A stretch of DNA of 64,000 nt from the NCBI GenBank assembly GCA_963817385.1, contig CAWFOM010000005.1, positions 32,001-96,000 of the forward strand, given 5' to 3'. The notes below the pieces were generated by a model. The model saw nothing but the letters and a program-made list of their open reading frames with translations, had not been told where the DNA came from and ran no database searches. A program made the position numbers and the translations under genes. Source of the DNA: an uncultured delta proteobacterium. GTDB lineage: Bacteria; Desulfobacterota; Syntrophia; Syntrophales; UBA5619. Below, in pieces: positions 29,039-39,135 of this stretch (within the stretch, counting starts at the first letter, position 1; each line of letters starts with the position of its first letter).

Positions 29039-30256
29039 CTAGAAGATCACCCTCAGGACGCCGTCGATCTCCCGAAGGGTCGCGATAACGGCGGCTGCTG
29101 TCTCCGGGTGCAACTCCGCGGATTTTATGGCTCCCAATTCGCGGGATATGCCGTCGAAGGCGCCTCGCACGTCCAGGTCCTCATCCATCCGCTTCTCGAA
29201 GATCTCCCTGATCCTCCGCGCCCGAGTGTCCGCCGGCGACACGGCCCGGCCCGCCCTCTTCGCAATCCCCTGGACCTGCATCCGGAGGCGCCTCAGTTTT
29301 TCCGCCGCCGACCCCATCGCCCTCTCCGTATAGGAGAGCGTTTCCCGGTAATTGCCATAGATGAGGAAAAATCGGATCTCGGAGGCGTCATATCCCCGTT
29401 CGAGCAGGTCATCGGTGGTGATGACGGTTCCCCGGCTCTTGGACATCTTCCTGCCTTCGACGAGGAGATGGTGGCCGTGAAGCCAGAAACGGGCCATGGG
29501 ATAGGGCCGCAGCGATTCGAGGATGGCCAAGGAGTAGTCGTGGTGGCGGTAGAGATTGTCGATGCCGCCGCAGTAGATGGAGAGGGTCTCCTGAAAGTGA
29601 TTTGCGACCATGCTCGGGTCCTGGATGTTCCAGGAGGGCCTACCCCGTCCGATCCGGGTATCCCAAAACACCGTTTCTCCCTCCCGGTATCCGTGCCAGA
29701 GGATGAAATCGCCCAGGTTCCACTGGGTGCCGGGGTAGGTGTCCCGATGAAAGCGCCTCCTGCGGGAAGGCCAGCGACTCATGTCCAGTCCGTAGAGTTT
29801 TCCGAAACCGGGGAACTTCAGCGGGTCGAAATAGATATTGCCTTCATGTCGGTAGGCGACCTTGAGTTCCAGGAGGCGCTCGATCATCGCCGCGGCCTCC
29901 TCGACGCAGGCTGAGGCCCGGGGCAGATAGTCGGGGAGCTTGATCCTCAGGAGGTGCATCTCCCGGAGAAATTCATCGATGTTCTCCTCCGTGAGCTCCT
30001 TCAGGGTGATCCCGTCTTTACGGGCTTCATCGATGGCTTTGTCCTCAATGTCGGTGAAGTTCATTCCCCGCTCGACCCGCCAGCCCCGGAATTCCAGGTA
30101 GCGGACCAGGATATCCTCAAACAGGAAGGTCCGGAAGTTCCCGATATGGGCCCGCTGGTAGATCGAGGGTCCGCAGGTGAAGATGGTCACGACCCTGTCG
30201 TTGACGGGCCGAAAGGTCTCTATCTTCTTTCCCAGGGAATTGAAGAGTTTCAGCAT
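29039..30256 (-). CDS. Divergent cysteinyl-tRNA synthetase paralogue (class I), C-terminally short
   Basis: CGPSIY, HIGN, TDIEDK, DFILW, KMSKS and a DALR-like helix; Zn-site substitutions; 405 aa; GGAGGT RBS. Confidence 0.85.
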   Translation of the reverse strand: MLKLFNSLGKKIETFRPVNDRVVTIFTCGPSIYQRAHIGNFRTFLFEDILVRYLEFRGWRVERGMNFTDIEDKAIDEARKDGITLKELTEENIDEFLREMHLLRIKLPDYLPRASACVEEAAAMIERLLELKVAYRHEGNIYFDPLKFPGFGKLYGLDMSRWPSRRRRFHRDTYPGTQWNLGDFILWHGYREGETVFWDTRIGRGRPSWNIQDPSMVANHFQETLSIYCGGIDNLYRHHDYSLAILESLRPYPMARFWLHGHHLLVEGRKMSKSRGTVITTDDLLERGYDASEIRFFLIYGNYRETLSYTERAMGSAAEKLRRLRMQVQGIAKRAGRAVSPADTRARRIREIFEKRMDEDLDVRGAFDGISRELGAIKSAELHPETAAAVIATLREIDGVLRVIF

Positions 30257-30329
30257 GGGTGTTCACCTCCGCGGGAAACGATTGATCCGGGTCGCCTCCG
30301 GTGCCAAGAGGAGGCCAGCCTCGCCTGTC

Positions 30330-31655
30330 CTAGTCCAGCTTCAGATGCTTCCACTTTCCCGCCTGGAATCGCCCGGCCATGAGGAAGCTCTGAAAGATCA
30401 CGGAGGTCACCATGGACCACCAGACCCCCGGAGCACCGAAACCGAAGAGGAGGGCAAGGCCGTAGACGAGGGGGAGGCGGATCAGCCACATGGCGATGAT
30501 GATCACCCACATGGTCCCCCGGGTGTCCCCGGCCCCCTGGAGTCCGCCGCTGAGCGTCAGGCTCAGGGCGATGAAGGGTTGGGCAATCATGTTGATCCGG
30601 AGGTAGCGGGCCGTCTCCGCGATGACCGCCGGGTCCCTGGCCACAAGGGCGGCAAAGGCTTCCGCCCGAAGGAAGACTATCAGGGCCAGGGCGCTGAGGG
30701 TGACGATACCCGCCGCGGCGATCCGCCATACGATCCGTTCCGCCCGTTCGGGATCTCCGGCCCCGAGGTTCTGGCCGATGAGGACCGACGCGGACATGTT
30801 GAGGGCGAAGGCCGGCAGAAAGATGAGGGCCTCGATCCTGAGGCCGTTGGAGATGGCCGCCATGGCGGTGATACTCGCCTCTCCCAGCCGGCCGAGGATG
30901 TTGTACAGGATTATCGTTCCGGCGTTCCAGGCGATCTGGAGCATTGCCGCCGGCCAGCCGATATCGAAGATCTTTCGGATCATCTCCGCGTGGAGCGCCC
31001 AGGATCCCGCATAGAGGGACCGCCACCGGGTCCGGGAGAAGAGAACGAGACTGATCCCCATGCCGATGGTGACCGAGACCGCCGTGGCGACGGCAATCCC
31101 GGGGTATCCCAGCCGGGGGAAGGGGAACCAGCCGAAAACAAAGGCGAAGTCCCCGATGATGTTGACGGCGCTCACGATAAACATGGTAAAGAGGAGATGC
31201 ATCACGTCGCCGCTCGCCCGAAAGAGGGCGTTGGAGATGATGAGGAGATAGTTTGCCCCCAGGGCAAGGGAGAAGATCTTGAGGAACGTCTCGGCGATCT
31301 CCCTGATCTTTTCGGGGAACCCCGCCGCAGAGACGATCTCCCGGGAGAGGAGGAAGCCGGCCAGGGTGAGAACGGCGGCGATCAGACATCCGAACAGCAG
31401 GGACTGCCTGGCCGCATCCAGTGCGCGCCGGAAGTCCCCCCCGCCTATGGCCCGCGACACGAGGGCTACAGTCCCGATGCTTATCGCATTGGCGATGATG
31501 ATGACAAAGAAGTAGAGCAGACTAACGAAACCGACCGCCGCCTGGACCTCGGGACTGATGAATCCCGCCACGTAGACATCGGCGAAGCCCACAAAGAAAT
31601 TGAAAATCATGATGAGCAACATTGGCCACGAGAGCTGCCAAATGTTGCGCCACAT
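30330..31655 (-). CDS. MATE family efflux transporter
   Basis: About 12 TM segments, FRASGD, IGQNLGAG, LQGAGDT; the true start may lie slightly upstream. Confidence 0.9.
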   Translation of the reverse strand: MWRNIWQLSWPMLLIMIFNFFVGFADVYVAGFISPEVQAAVGFVSLLYFFVIIIANAISIGTVALVSRAIGGGDFRRALDAARQSLLFGCLIAAVLTLAGFLLSREIVSAAGFPEKIREIAETFLKIFSLALGANYLLIISNALFRASGDVMHLLFTMFIVSAVNIIGDFAFVFGWFPFPRLGYPGIAVATAVSVTIGMGISLVLFSRTRWRSLYAGSWALHAEMIRKIFDIGWPAAMLQIAWNAGTIILYNILGRLGEASITAMAAISNGLRIEALIFLPAFALNMSASVLIGQNLGAGDPERAERIVWRIAAAGIVTLSALALIVFLRAEAFAALVARDPAVIAETARYLRINMIAQPFIALSLTLSGGLQGAGDTRGTMWVIIIAMWLIRLPLVYGLALLFGFGAPGVWWSMVTSVIFQSFLMAGRFQAGKWKHLKLD

Positions 31656-31791
31656 GCTTCCAGCGGTTAAGCGGGGGGTGATGTATTCTGCCGTAGAGGC
31701 CTCCTCATTTCGTTTGGGGTGGCAAGTGGGGCGGCATAAGCCCCCTTGCGGTGTTGCATGCCAGTAGGGGCCGAAAACGGCAAACGCGGAT

Positions 31792-33183
31792 TTACCGGCT
31801 TCCGCAGACCCTGATCAGGAAACGTTCCAGGAGGAGGCGGGGCTCCTGCCCCGTCGTCTTGAGCGCCAGATCCGTCCGGACCAGAAGCTCCAGATACCCG
31901 GCCAGTTCCTCGCGGGCGAATCGCCCGGCATTCTTCAGCGCCTGATAGACGACAAAGGGGTGCTGGGAGACGAGGGCAATCGTTTCTTTCCCATCGCCGG
32001 CCAGTGCACGGACGGCGGGATGGACCGTCTTCTGAAATCGCCCGTAGTCCGCCTCCGGACTGTAGGACCCCAGCCGTCCCGAGGCGATTAGGAGTTTCGC
32101 CTGAAAGAGAAAACGGATCTCTTTCGTGATCATCGTCATGATCATCAGGGGGTGGAGGCCCTGGTCGAGGAGTTCGCGCAGGGTTTGGAGGGCAAGGGGC
32201 AGGTTCCTCCCGGAGATCGCCCCGGTCAGCTCAAAGATGGTGTCCTCCTTTGTCCTGCCGATAACCGCTTCCACATCCGCCGCCGCGATCTCCGCCTTTT
32301 CCCCGGCATACGTGATCAGCTTCTCGATTGCCCCCAGGGACTCCCGGAGGTCAAAACCGGTTTTTTGTCCCAGGGCGGACCAGGCCTCGGATGAGAGCCT
32401 CTTTCCTCTCCGGCCCAGGAGTTCGCCGGCCATCTCCCGGACGGCCTGCTGTTGTCTCGCTTCCCCCTTAATCTTCGTGAACGAAAGGATCTTGCCTGCC
32501 GATGAGATTGTCTTGAAAAGCTTCTTTCTCCGGTCCACGGCCTCAGCCGTCAGGATGAGATGGTTCCCCTCCGGCATGCCCCCCGTCAAGGTCCTCTCCA
32601 GGCGGTCGGTCTCCTCCGGCCGTTCCTTCGCTTGAGTAGCGCCACTGCTTACACAAATTTCCACGGCTCGGGGAAGCCACGTCTCGCGTCCCTCGCCGCT
32701 GTCGTCCGGAACTATCCGGCGCCATGCATCGTCGTCGATTTTCCGCCAGCCGCCGTCCCTGAGGTCGTCAAGCTGAAGGCCCGTGATCCGTAAGAATTGC
32801 AGGAAATCAGCCGTCGCCCGGTGGGGATCCTGATCGAGACGCTCGCGGATCCGCCCGATGAGGGGCAGAAGGACATTTTTCGATTGGAAAAGCCGGGTGT
32901 TCCGGACGACCACCACCTTGCGTCCGGGAAGGAGCGGCGGGGTGATCAGGGATTCGCAGAGTGCATCGATATCCTCGGCATCCCCGTCCGTCACGAAGAG
33001 ATTGAGATCACGGTCCTGCGCCTCGGGGATGAGTGCCGTCGTGATCTTTTCGAGGGCATCCTGGAGACGGAACTCCTCGTCTCCGTAGAGCAGATAGCAG
33101 GAGACGGTTTTCCCCCGCCTCAATTCAGCGAGGACCGAATCGAGCGAAACTCCCCGTCCTGTATCGTCGTCATGAAGAGCCAT
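31792..33183 (-). CDS. holA: DNA polymerase III delta subunit
   Basis: YLLYGDEEF, IEKLITY, IFELTGAI, DLALKT. Confidence 0.8.
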   Translation of the reverse strand: MALHDDDTGRGVSLDSVLAELRRGKTVSCYLLYGDEEFRLQDALEKITTALIPEAQDRDLNLFVTDGDAEDIDALCESLITPPLLPGRKVVVVRNTRLFQSKNVLLPLIGRIRERLDQDPHRATADFLQFLRITGLQLDDLRDGGWRKIDDDAWRRIVPDDSGEGRETWLPRAVEICVSSGATQAKERPEETDRLERTLTGGMPEGNHLILTAEAVDRRKKLFKTISSAGKILSFTKIKGEARQQQAVREMAGELLGRRGKRLSSEAWSALGQKTGFDLRESLGAIEKLITYAGEKAEIAAADVEAVIGRTKEDTIFELTGAISGRNLPLALQTLRELLDQGLHPLMIMTMITKEIRFLFQAKLLIASGRLGSYSPEADYGRFQKTVHPAVRALAGDGKETIALVSQHPFVVYQALKNAGRFAREELAGYLELLVRTDLALKTTGQEPRLLLERFLIRVCGSR

Positions 33184-33229
33184 GGGGTCCTAAAAGATAT
33201 ATCCGCGGGAGGAGCCGTCGCTCTCCGCG

Positions 33230-33887
33230 CTACAGGATGACGTACTTCTGGATGTGCTTTACGGCCTCGTCGGGATCGTCTATGATCTGGATGAGTTCCA
33301 GGTCCTCCGGAGAGATCTTGCCGTCACGGAGCATGGTCTTTTTGAGCCAGTCGAACAGGCCCTTCCAGAATTCGCTTCCCATGAGGATGACGGGAAAAGG
33401 CTTGATCCGCTTCGTCTGGATAAGGGTGAGCGCCTCGAAGAGCTCGTCCATCGTCCCGAAGCCGCCGGGCAGGATGACATAGGCCATGGCATATTTGACG
33501 AACATCACCTTCCGGATGAAAGAAATATTTGTAGTCGATGTTGATGTTCGCAAAAGGATTCGGTTTCTGCTCAAAGGGAAGGCGGATGTTCATCCCCACC
33601 GACTGGCCGCCGGCCTCCGCTGCCCCTTTGTTGGCCGCCTCCATGACGCCGGGACCGCCGCCCGTGATGACGCCAAACCCCTGTTCGGCCAGAAGCCGGG
33701 CCAGGCGCTCCGCCTTCTGGTAATAGGGGTCGTCCGGCTTGGTCCTCGCCGAACCGAAGATGCTCACGGCGTGCTTGATCTTGGAGAGGGTTTCGATGGC
33801 CTCGACAAATTCGGCCATGATGCGGAAGATGCGCCAGGACTCCTCGATCGACAGGGCATCGACGACAAACTGATTCCTCTCGTCCAT
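33230..33887 (-). CDS. LOG family (TIGR00730-like) Rossmann-fold protein; frameshift at ~33520
   Basis: SIFGSART, ITGGGPGVMEAANKG, YFF/IRKVMFVKY, PGGFGTMDELFE; one extra T in TTC TTT C. Confidence 0.88.
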
Positions 33888-34069
33888 GTCACATTCCTCC
33901 ACACCGAAAAGGATGATATCTCGCGAAGTCGGCCGGACGCCGTGATCCCGGGGCCATGGTATCGTCCCTCTCCCGTTCCCGGACCGCTCTCCGCCCACGA
34001 CGGCAGGCATGCAGACGCACCTCTCCGCCCGCCCGGACGGTATCCCCGCGCCCCATCCGTGAAATTCGC

Positions 34070-34261
34070 TTAAGAGACTCTGCGCCGTTGGACCTTGGCC
34101 AAACGCCTGCGCGCCTCGATGGTTTTTCTCTTCTTCTTCACCGAAGGCTTCTCATAGGCCCTGCGCAGTTTAAGCTCCTTGAACAGACCGCTCTTGGAGA
34201 GCTTGTTCTTGAGAATCTTCAGGGCCTTTTCCACATCATTGTCGAATACTTTTACTTCCAA
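34070..34261 (-). CDS. rpsU: 30S ribosomal protein S21
   Basis: VEKALKILK...YEKPSVKKKRK. Confidence 0.93.
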   Translation of the reverse strand: MEVKVFDNDVEKALKILKNKLSKSGLFKELKLRRAYEKPSVKKKRKTIEARRRLAKVQRRRVS

Positions 34262-34402
34262 ATTCCTTCTCCTTTTCCCGTCTCTATTTTTTGATACAAT
34301 CTTATCTCGCTATTATAATTCCGAATCGTTGCAGCAGACTGTCTTTCACCCCCGTCAACACCAGTGCGGGAATCCGACCAGTCACTGATGAAAAACCGGC
34401 GC

Positions 34403-34456
34403 AAAAAAAGGGCAGTACGGCGTTACACGTTAAGTTTCGTGCCGCATACTACCCTT
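34403..34456 (-). terminator. Probable intrinsic terminator after hisC
   Basis: AAGGGTAGTA..CGGC/GCCG TACTGCCCTT stem followed by T7. Confidence 0.6.
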
Positions 34457-34484
34457 GATTGTTGCCTATGTTAGACCACGCTCC

Positions 34485-35549
34485 TTACTTGGTTATGATG
34501 TCCCTGAAAACCTCTAAAAATTCTCTGTTTTCTTCACGGGTTCCCACCGTGACCCGCATAAATCCCTGCATTGCTCCGGGGGCGCTCAGGTTCTTGATCA
34601 GGATCCCCCGTTTCTTGAGTGACATGTATACGCGATCCGCATCAAAATCGCAACTAAAAAAAATAAAATTCGCATCGGTAGGGCGGGGATGGACGCCCGG
34701 CAGCGTTTCCATGGCGGAAAAAAGCTCTCCGCGCCATCGGCGTATCTCCGCCGCCTGGTTCAGAAAGGCCTCCTCTTCGTCGAGGTAGAAGCCCGCGGCC
34801 GCCTGGGACAGGGAGTTGAGATTGTAGGGAAGCCGCACCTTGTTGAGTTCATGGATCAGGGCCGCAGGGCCGATGAGGAGGCCGATCCTCATCGCGGCGA
34901 GACCCACCTTGGAGAGGGTCCGGAGGATGACCAGGTTGTCATGGCTCGCGAGGAGCGGCAGAAAGGTCTTCTGGGCGAAGTGGAAATAGGCCTCATCCAC
35001 CACGACGATGCCGGAAGATCCTTCGAGGATGGCTTCGATCCTCTCCCGGCTGAAGCAGTTGGCGGTGGGGTTATTGGGATAGGCGAGGAAGGTCAGCGCG
35101 GGGGGATGCACCCCCATCCGTTCGCGCATGGCCGGAAGATCGAGATCGAACTGACCGTCGAGCGGGACCGCCGCGACCCGGAAGCCGGCATTCAAGGCGG
35201 AGATCCGATACATGGCAAACGTGGGGACCGGGATCATGACCTCCGCCCCGGGCCGCGCGAGGGCCGTACAGAGGATCTGAATCAGATCGTCCGAACCGTT
35301 GCCGATGATGACCTGATCCGCGCCCACGCCGAATTTCGCCGCGAAACGCGCGGCCAGCGCAACGGACCCTGCCTCGGGATAACGGTTCAAGGGAATGGAT
35401 GCCAAGAGCGTCGCAAATTTCTCCCGAAGCGGCTCCGGGATGGCCAGAGGGTTCTCATTGGCATCCAGTTTGATCCGGCACGAGGTGTTGTCCACCGGAT
35501 AGGCCTTCTGTGCGAGGACCTCCTCTTTGATCAGAGCCCGGATATCCAT
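34485..35549 (-). CDS. hisC: Histidinol-phosphate aminotransferase
   Basis: KLDANENP, GNGSDD, PNNPT, VDEAY, RTLSK. Confidence 0.92.
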   Translation of the reverse strand: MDIRALIKEEVLAQKAYPVDNTSCRIKLDANENPLAIPEPLREKFATLLASIPLNRYPEAGSVALAARFAAKFGVGADQVIIGNGSDDLIQILCTALARPGAEVMIPVPTFAMYRISALNAGFRVAAVPLDGQFDLDLPAMRERMGVHPPALTFLAYPNNPTANCFSRERIEAILEGSSGIVVVDEAYFHFAQKTFLPLLASHDNLVILRTLSKVGLAAMRIGLLIGPAALIHELNKVRLPYNLNSLSQAAAGFYLDEEEAFLNQAAEIRRWRGELFSAMETLPGVHPRPTDANFIFFSCDFDADRVYMSLKKRGILIKNLSAPGAMQGFMRVTVGTREENREFLEVFRDIITK

Positions 35550-36370
35550 GGTTTTCTCCCTTTCCAGTTCCAGCTTGCGCTGCCATATTTTTTCGTCATC
35601 AGTTCGGTCTTGAGCGCCTCCTCTTCCGACGTCAGCGCCCCTTCTCTGAACCGGATGCCCAGCACCTGCGTAAAGCCGTCCCGGATGGCCCGGCAGAGGA
35701 TTTCTTCGTCCGCCGAAGGAATGGTCGCGTGCTCCCGGACGGAGGTCACCGAATTCCGCAGGCGGTCGGCCTGCCTTTCCCGATCTCGGTGGGGCAGTAT
35801 GACGGCGCAGGTCCGGCCGGGGTCAAACGCCATGAGCAGCGCGCCATGCTGCAGGAAGACGCCGTGGGATCTCGTCTGCGCCGATCCGCAGATCTTCCGG
35901 CCGGCCACGAGGAGCTCATACCGGGAGGGAACGGAGAAGCAGGCGGTGCCGAGCGGTTCATCCGCGGCCGCCCTTCCATCCGCTTTCATCTCCGCCCGGA
36001 TGCCGCACTCGGCGAGACCCTGTGCGATACAGTTGCTGATGATGCGGTACGTTTCAAGGATATCCGGCGGGAAGAGGGGCGAATCATCGCCGGCGATCAC
36101 GGCGTAGGTCAGCTCCTGTTCATGCAGGACGGCCTTGCCGCCGGTCGGACGCCGGACGAGATCGATGCCGAGCTTCCGGCAGGCCTCGATATCGATCTCC
36201 TTGCGCGCATCCTGAAAACGGCCGATGGAGACTGCCGGCGTCCGCCAGCCGTAGAAACGAAGGGTCGGGGGAGAAGTTTTGCGGATGATTTCCCGGAAGA
36301 CCGCCTCATCGACAGCCATATTCTCCGCGGCATCGGCCCTCCGGAAGGGGAGAAGTCTCCATACATCCAC
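35531..36370 (-). CDS. Lipoate-protein ligase / octanoyltransferase (LipM-like)
   Basis: NMAVDEA, VRRPTGGKAVLH, KICGSAQ, LQHG; no LplA C-terminal domain. Confidence 0.88.
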   Translation of the reverse strand: MDVWRLLPFRRADAAENMAVDEAVFREIIRKTSPPTLRFYGWRTPAVSIGRFQDARKEIDIEACRKLGIDLVRRPTGGKAVLHEQELTYAVIAGDDSPLFPPDILETYRIISNCIAQGLAECGIRAEMKADGRAAADEPLGTACFSVPSRYELLVAGRKICGSAQTRSHGVFLQHGALLMAFDPGRTCAVILPHRDRERQADRLRNSVTSVREHATIPSADEEILCRAIRDGFTQVLGIRFREGALTSEEEALKTELMTKKYGSASWNWKGRKPWISGL

Positions 36371-36377
36371 CGCTTTT

Positions 36378-36776
36378 TCAGTCGACCTCCGTTTCCTGGA
36401 TCACGAAGTCCTGATATCCTCTCGTATCCAGGAGATCCTCCAGTTCATCCGGATCGTCCATATCCACGATGATCATCCACCCGGTGTCGTGAGGATCGCT
36501 GTTGATGATACCGATATCATCCGTAATATCCTCATTGACGCTGACGACGACCCCGCTTACCGGCGAGATGAGCTCGACCACCGCCTTCGCCGATTCGATG
36601 CTGCCGAAGGGTTCGTCCCGATCCAGATAGGCATCGACTTCGGGAAGATCCAGCGAAATGATCTCTCCCAACTTCTCCTGGGCATGGTCCGTGATCCCGA
36701 CGGTGGCCAGATCGCCCTCCACCCTGACCCAGATATGCTCCCGACTGTACAGCAGATCATCCGGAAATAATTTCAT
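36378..36776 (-). CDS. gcvH: Glycine cleavage H protein (lipoyl carrier)
   Basis: YSREHIWV, GITDHAQ, IESAKA (lipoyl Lys), PVSG, NSDP..GW. Confidence 0.9.
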   Translation of the reverse strand: MKLFPDDLLYSREHIWVRVEGDLATVGITDHAQEKLGEIISLDLPEVDAYLDRDEPFGSIESAKAVVELISPVSGVVVSVNEDITDDIGIINSDPHDTGWMIIVDMDDPDELEDLLDTRGYQDFVIQETEVD

Positions 36777-36813
36777 ATGACAGCATCCTGTGTTTTTTAA
36801 TAGTCGTCTCCGT

Positions 36814-37894
36814 TTAAAGAATTGTAAGGTCTTTGGAGGTCCGCGTCAAGATCTCGCAGCCCTCATCCGTCACGAGAACCGTATCCTCGATCCGGACACC
36901 CCAGAGGCCGGGGAGATAGACCCCCGGCTCGACCGTAACCACCATGCCGGCCTGGAGGATCTCCTCCCGCCCAACGGCCAGGCGCGGCGCTTCATGAATC
37001 TCCAGCCCCACTCCATGACCGGTTCCGTGAGAAAAATTGCCTCCCATTCCGGCCTCTTCGAGAAACGCCCGGGCGATACGATCGATCTCGCCGCAGGAAA
37101 CGCCCGCCCGGAGAGCTTGGAGGGCCCGGTCATGGGCCTCCCGGACGAGCCGGTAAACCTCCTCTTGACGGGCCGAGGCATGCCCCACAATATACGTGCA
37201 GGTCTCATCCGAATGGTAGCCGCCCGAGACCGCGCCATAGTCGATCATGACGCAATCACCCGTCCGCAATCGCACGGCTTCCCGGCGTGGCATGGGGAAG
37301 GGCCGTATTGGCCCCCGCGGCGACAATCGTCTCGAAGGAGGCCTGCTCCGCCCCACCGCGCCGCATCCGGTATTCGAGCTCGAGAGCGATCTCCTCCTCC
37401 CGAACGCCCGGCCGGATCATCTCCCGCACCGCCGCAAGGGCCTCACCGGCGATACGCGCCGCTTCCCGGATACGGTCAATCTCCTGGCCATCCTTGACGG
37501 CGCGGAGGGACTGGAGCCCCTCGGAGAGCGGCTGGAAGGCGACTGCCGGAAGCTTCTCCTGAAGTTTCAGATACTCTTCCACGACGAGGGCCGGGGATTC
37601 GAAACCGATCGTCCCGACCGCACGCTGATCGGCCGCCGCCGCGATTCCGTCGACCCGGTTGCGGAATTCGACAATCTCCGCCCCAGCGGCCTCCCCCCGC
37701 GCCTGGGTCACATACCGCCCGTCCACCAGGAGGATAAGCCAAGTCCGGCCGGCCATCAGCGCGCCTTCGCCGCCGGTGAAACCGGTTAGATAACGGATAT
37801 TTTTTGCATTCAGCATGAGCAAGGCCTCCGTTTCCGAAAGCCCTGCCCGGAGGCGGCCTACCCTCTCCGCATAGGGTGCAGGATCATCCCGCAT
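36814..37894 (-). CDS. Xaa-Pro aminopeptidase (M24); frameshift at ~37260
   Basis: NIRYLTGF, PHA, IDYG..GYHSDET, HGTGHGVGLEIHE, EPGVY, GVRIED; extra G in GGG. Confidence 0.9.
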
Positions 37895-38552
37895 GGCCGC
37901 GCAACCTGCCGATATTGTCCAGCCATCGCGAAAGCTCGGCGACAACTGCCGTATCTCTCTGCCCGGACTCCTCCCGGAAGATCATCTCCCAGACCTCCCG
38001 GAGCATCGCGGCAGCCTTTTCCTGCTCGGGATCCTTCCGGATGATCGCCTCCAGGACCTCCGCCGCTGGCCGGAGATGACCCTGCCGGATATAGAGTTCC
38101 GCAAGCGTCACCGTCTGAAAATCGGACGGGACCTCCGCGGCATCTTCCTCTTCCCGCTCAACCTCCGGCCCCTGCGGCGCCTCGACGGCCGTGAGCCTCT
38201 CGGCGATCTCCCGCGACAGCGGAGAGTCGGGATTGAGCGAGATGAATTTCCGATAAAACGTCTGCGCCGCTTCCTGCATCCCCTCTTTCAGGCAGACATC
38301 CCCCATGGAGGCGTAGATCTGGGAGAGGCCCGCGAGGGTCCCGTCCATTTCCTGGAGCATTGCCTTTGCTTCCTCCAGCCTTCCCTGCCGGATCCGGACG
38401 CGGCAGATCGCAATCCGGGCGTCCATATCGCCCGGCATCCGTTTGAGCCGCAATTCGGCCAGAGCCACGGCCGTCTCGTCGTCGCCTTGATTGAGAGACG
38501 TCTCCACCTCTTTCAAAAATGCATTTCGCTCCCGGAGATCATTGTCGCCCAT
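37884..38552 (-). CDS. Tetratricopeptide repeat protein
   Basis: Helical TPR-like repeats, TVTLAELYIRQG. Confidence 0.8.
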   Translation of the reverse strand: MGDNDLRERNAFLKEVETSLNQGDDETAVALAELRLKRMPGDMDARIAICRVRIRQGRLEEAKAMLQEMDGTLAGLSQIYASMGDVCLKEGMQEAAQTFYRKFISLNPDSPLSREIAERLTAVEAPQGPEVEREEEDAAEVPSDFQTVTLAELYIRQGHLRPAAEVLEAIIRKDPEQEKAAAMLREVWEMIFREESGQRDTAVVAELSRWLDNIGRLRGHAG

Positions 38553-38656
38553 GACTCACCGTCTTTTCAGTCTTTTCGGCCATTTGATTCCCGCCGCTGA
38601 AACGGTCAAAACGCTAACACAGCCCCGAAGAGCATGTCAAGAACGAAAACCCCCGC

Positions 38657-39040
38657 CTACCGTCTCCCCAGGCAGTCGGATGTTCCCTTCCCGTAGCCCT
38701 CGGTTTGCTCCTTCTCCAGGACGCCTCCCGCGAAGGTCAGGACGTAGATGAAATCGCTCTCCCCGCAGTTGTAATACCACCGCTCCACCTTCCGCGAAGC
38801 CCCCGGGGAGCTCCTCCGTTCCCCCGGCCTGTCCTTCGCCTTCTCCGTCTTCGACGATTTCGCCTTGGTTTTTGTCGTCGCGCCTTCTTTGTAGGTGGGC
38901 GGCCCGCATTCGATGAGGACCTTCCCCGTTGAGTCCCCGGTCTTCACGAGGCCGTTGCCGCAACGGAAGGCCTGGGCTTCCCCGAAAACGGTCAGGACCA
39001 TAAGCGCCGCCACACCCACTGCCGTTGCGATTATTCCCAT
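38657..39040 (-). CDS. DUF2845-like exported protein
   Basis: AFRCGNGLVKTGD...CGPP...ERWYYNCG. Confidence 0.75.
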   Translation of the reverse strand: MGIIATAVGVAALMVLTVFGEAQAFRCGNGLVKTGDSTGKVLIECGPPTYKEGATTKTKAKSSKTEKAKDRPGERRSSPGASRKVERWYYNCGESDFIYVLTFAGGVLEKEQTEGYGKGTSDCLGRR

Positions 39041-39075
39041 CGCCGCACCTCCCCCGTGTCAAAGAAACTACCGAT

Positions 39076-39102
39076 AAAAAAAGGGGCGGCCCGTGCCGCC
39101 CC
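39076..39102 (-). terminator. Intrinsic terminator ending the pil-FN3 unit
   Basis: GGGGCGGC-ACGG-GCCGCCCC followed by T7. Confidence 0.8.
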
Positions 39103-39135
39103 CGATTGCTTACTCGTCATCGACCCCGCAAGAGA

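Noticed and set aside
29039..30256. Calling the gene housekeeping cysS, mshC, or the selC*-associated CysRS*
   Set aside because: It lacks the WHIEC cysteine-binding motif, and no selB-like gene, tRNA-Cys or mycothiol genes are visible nearby.
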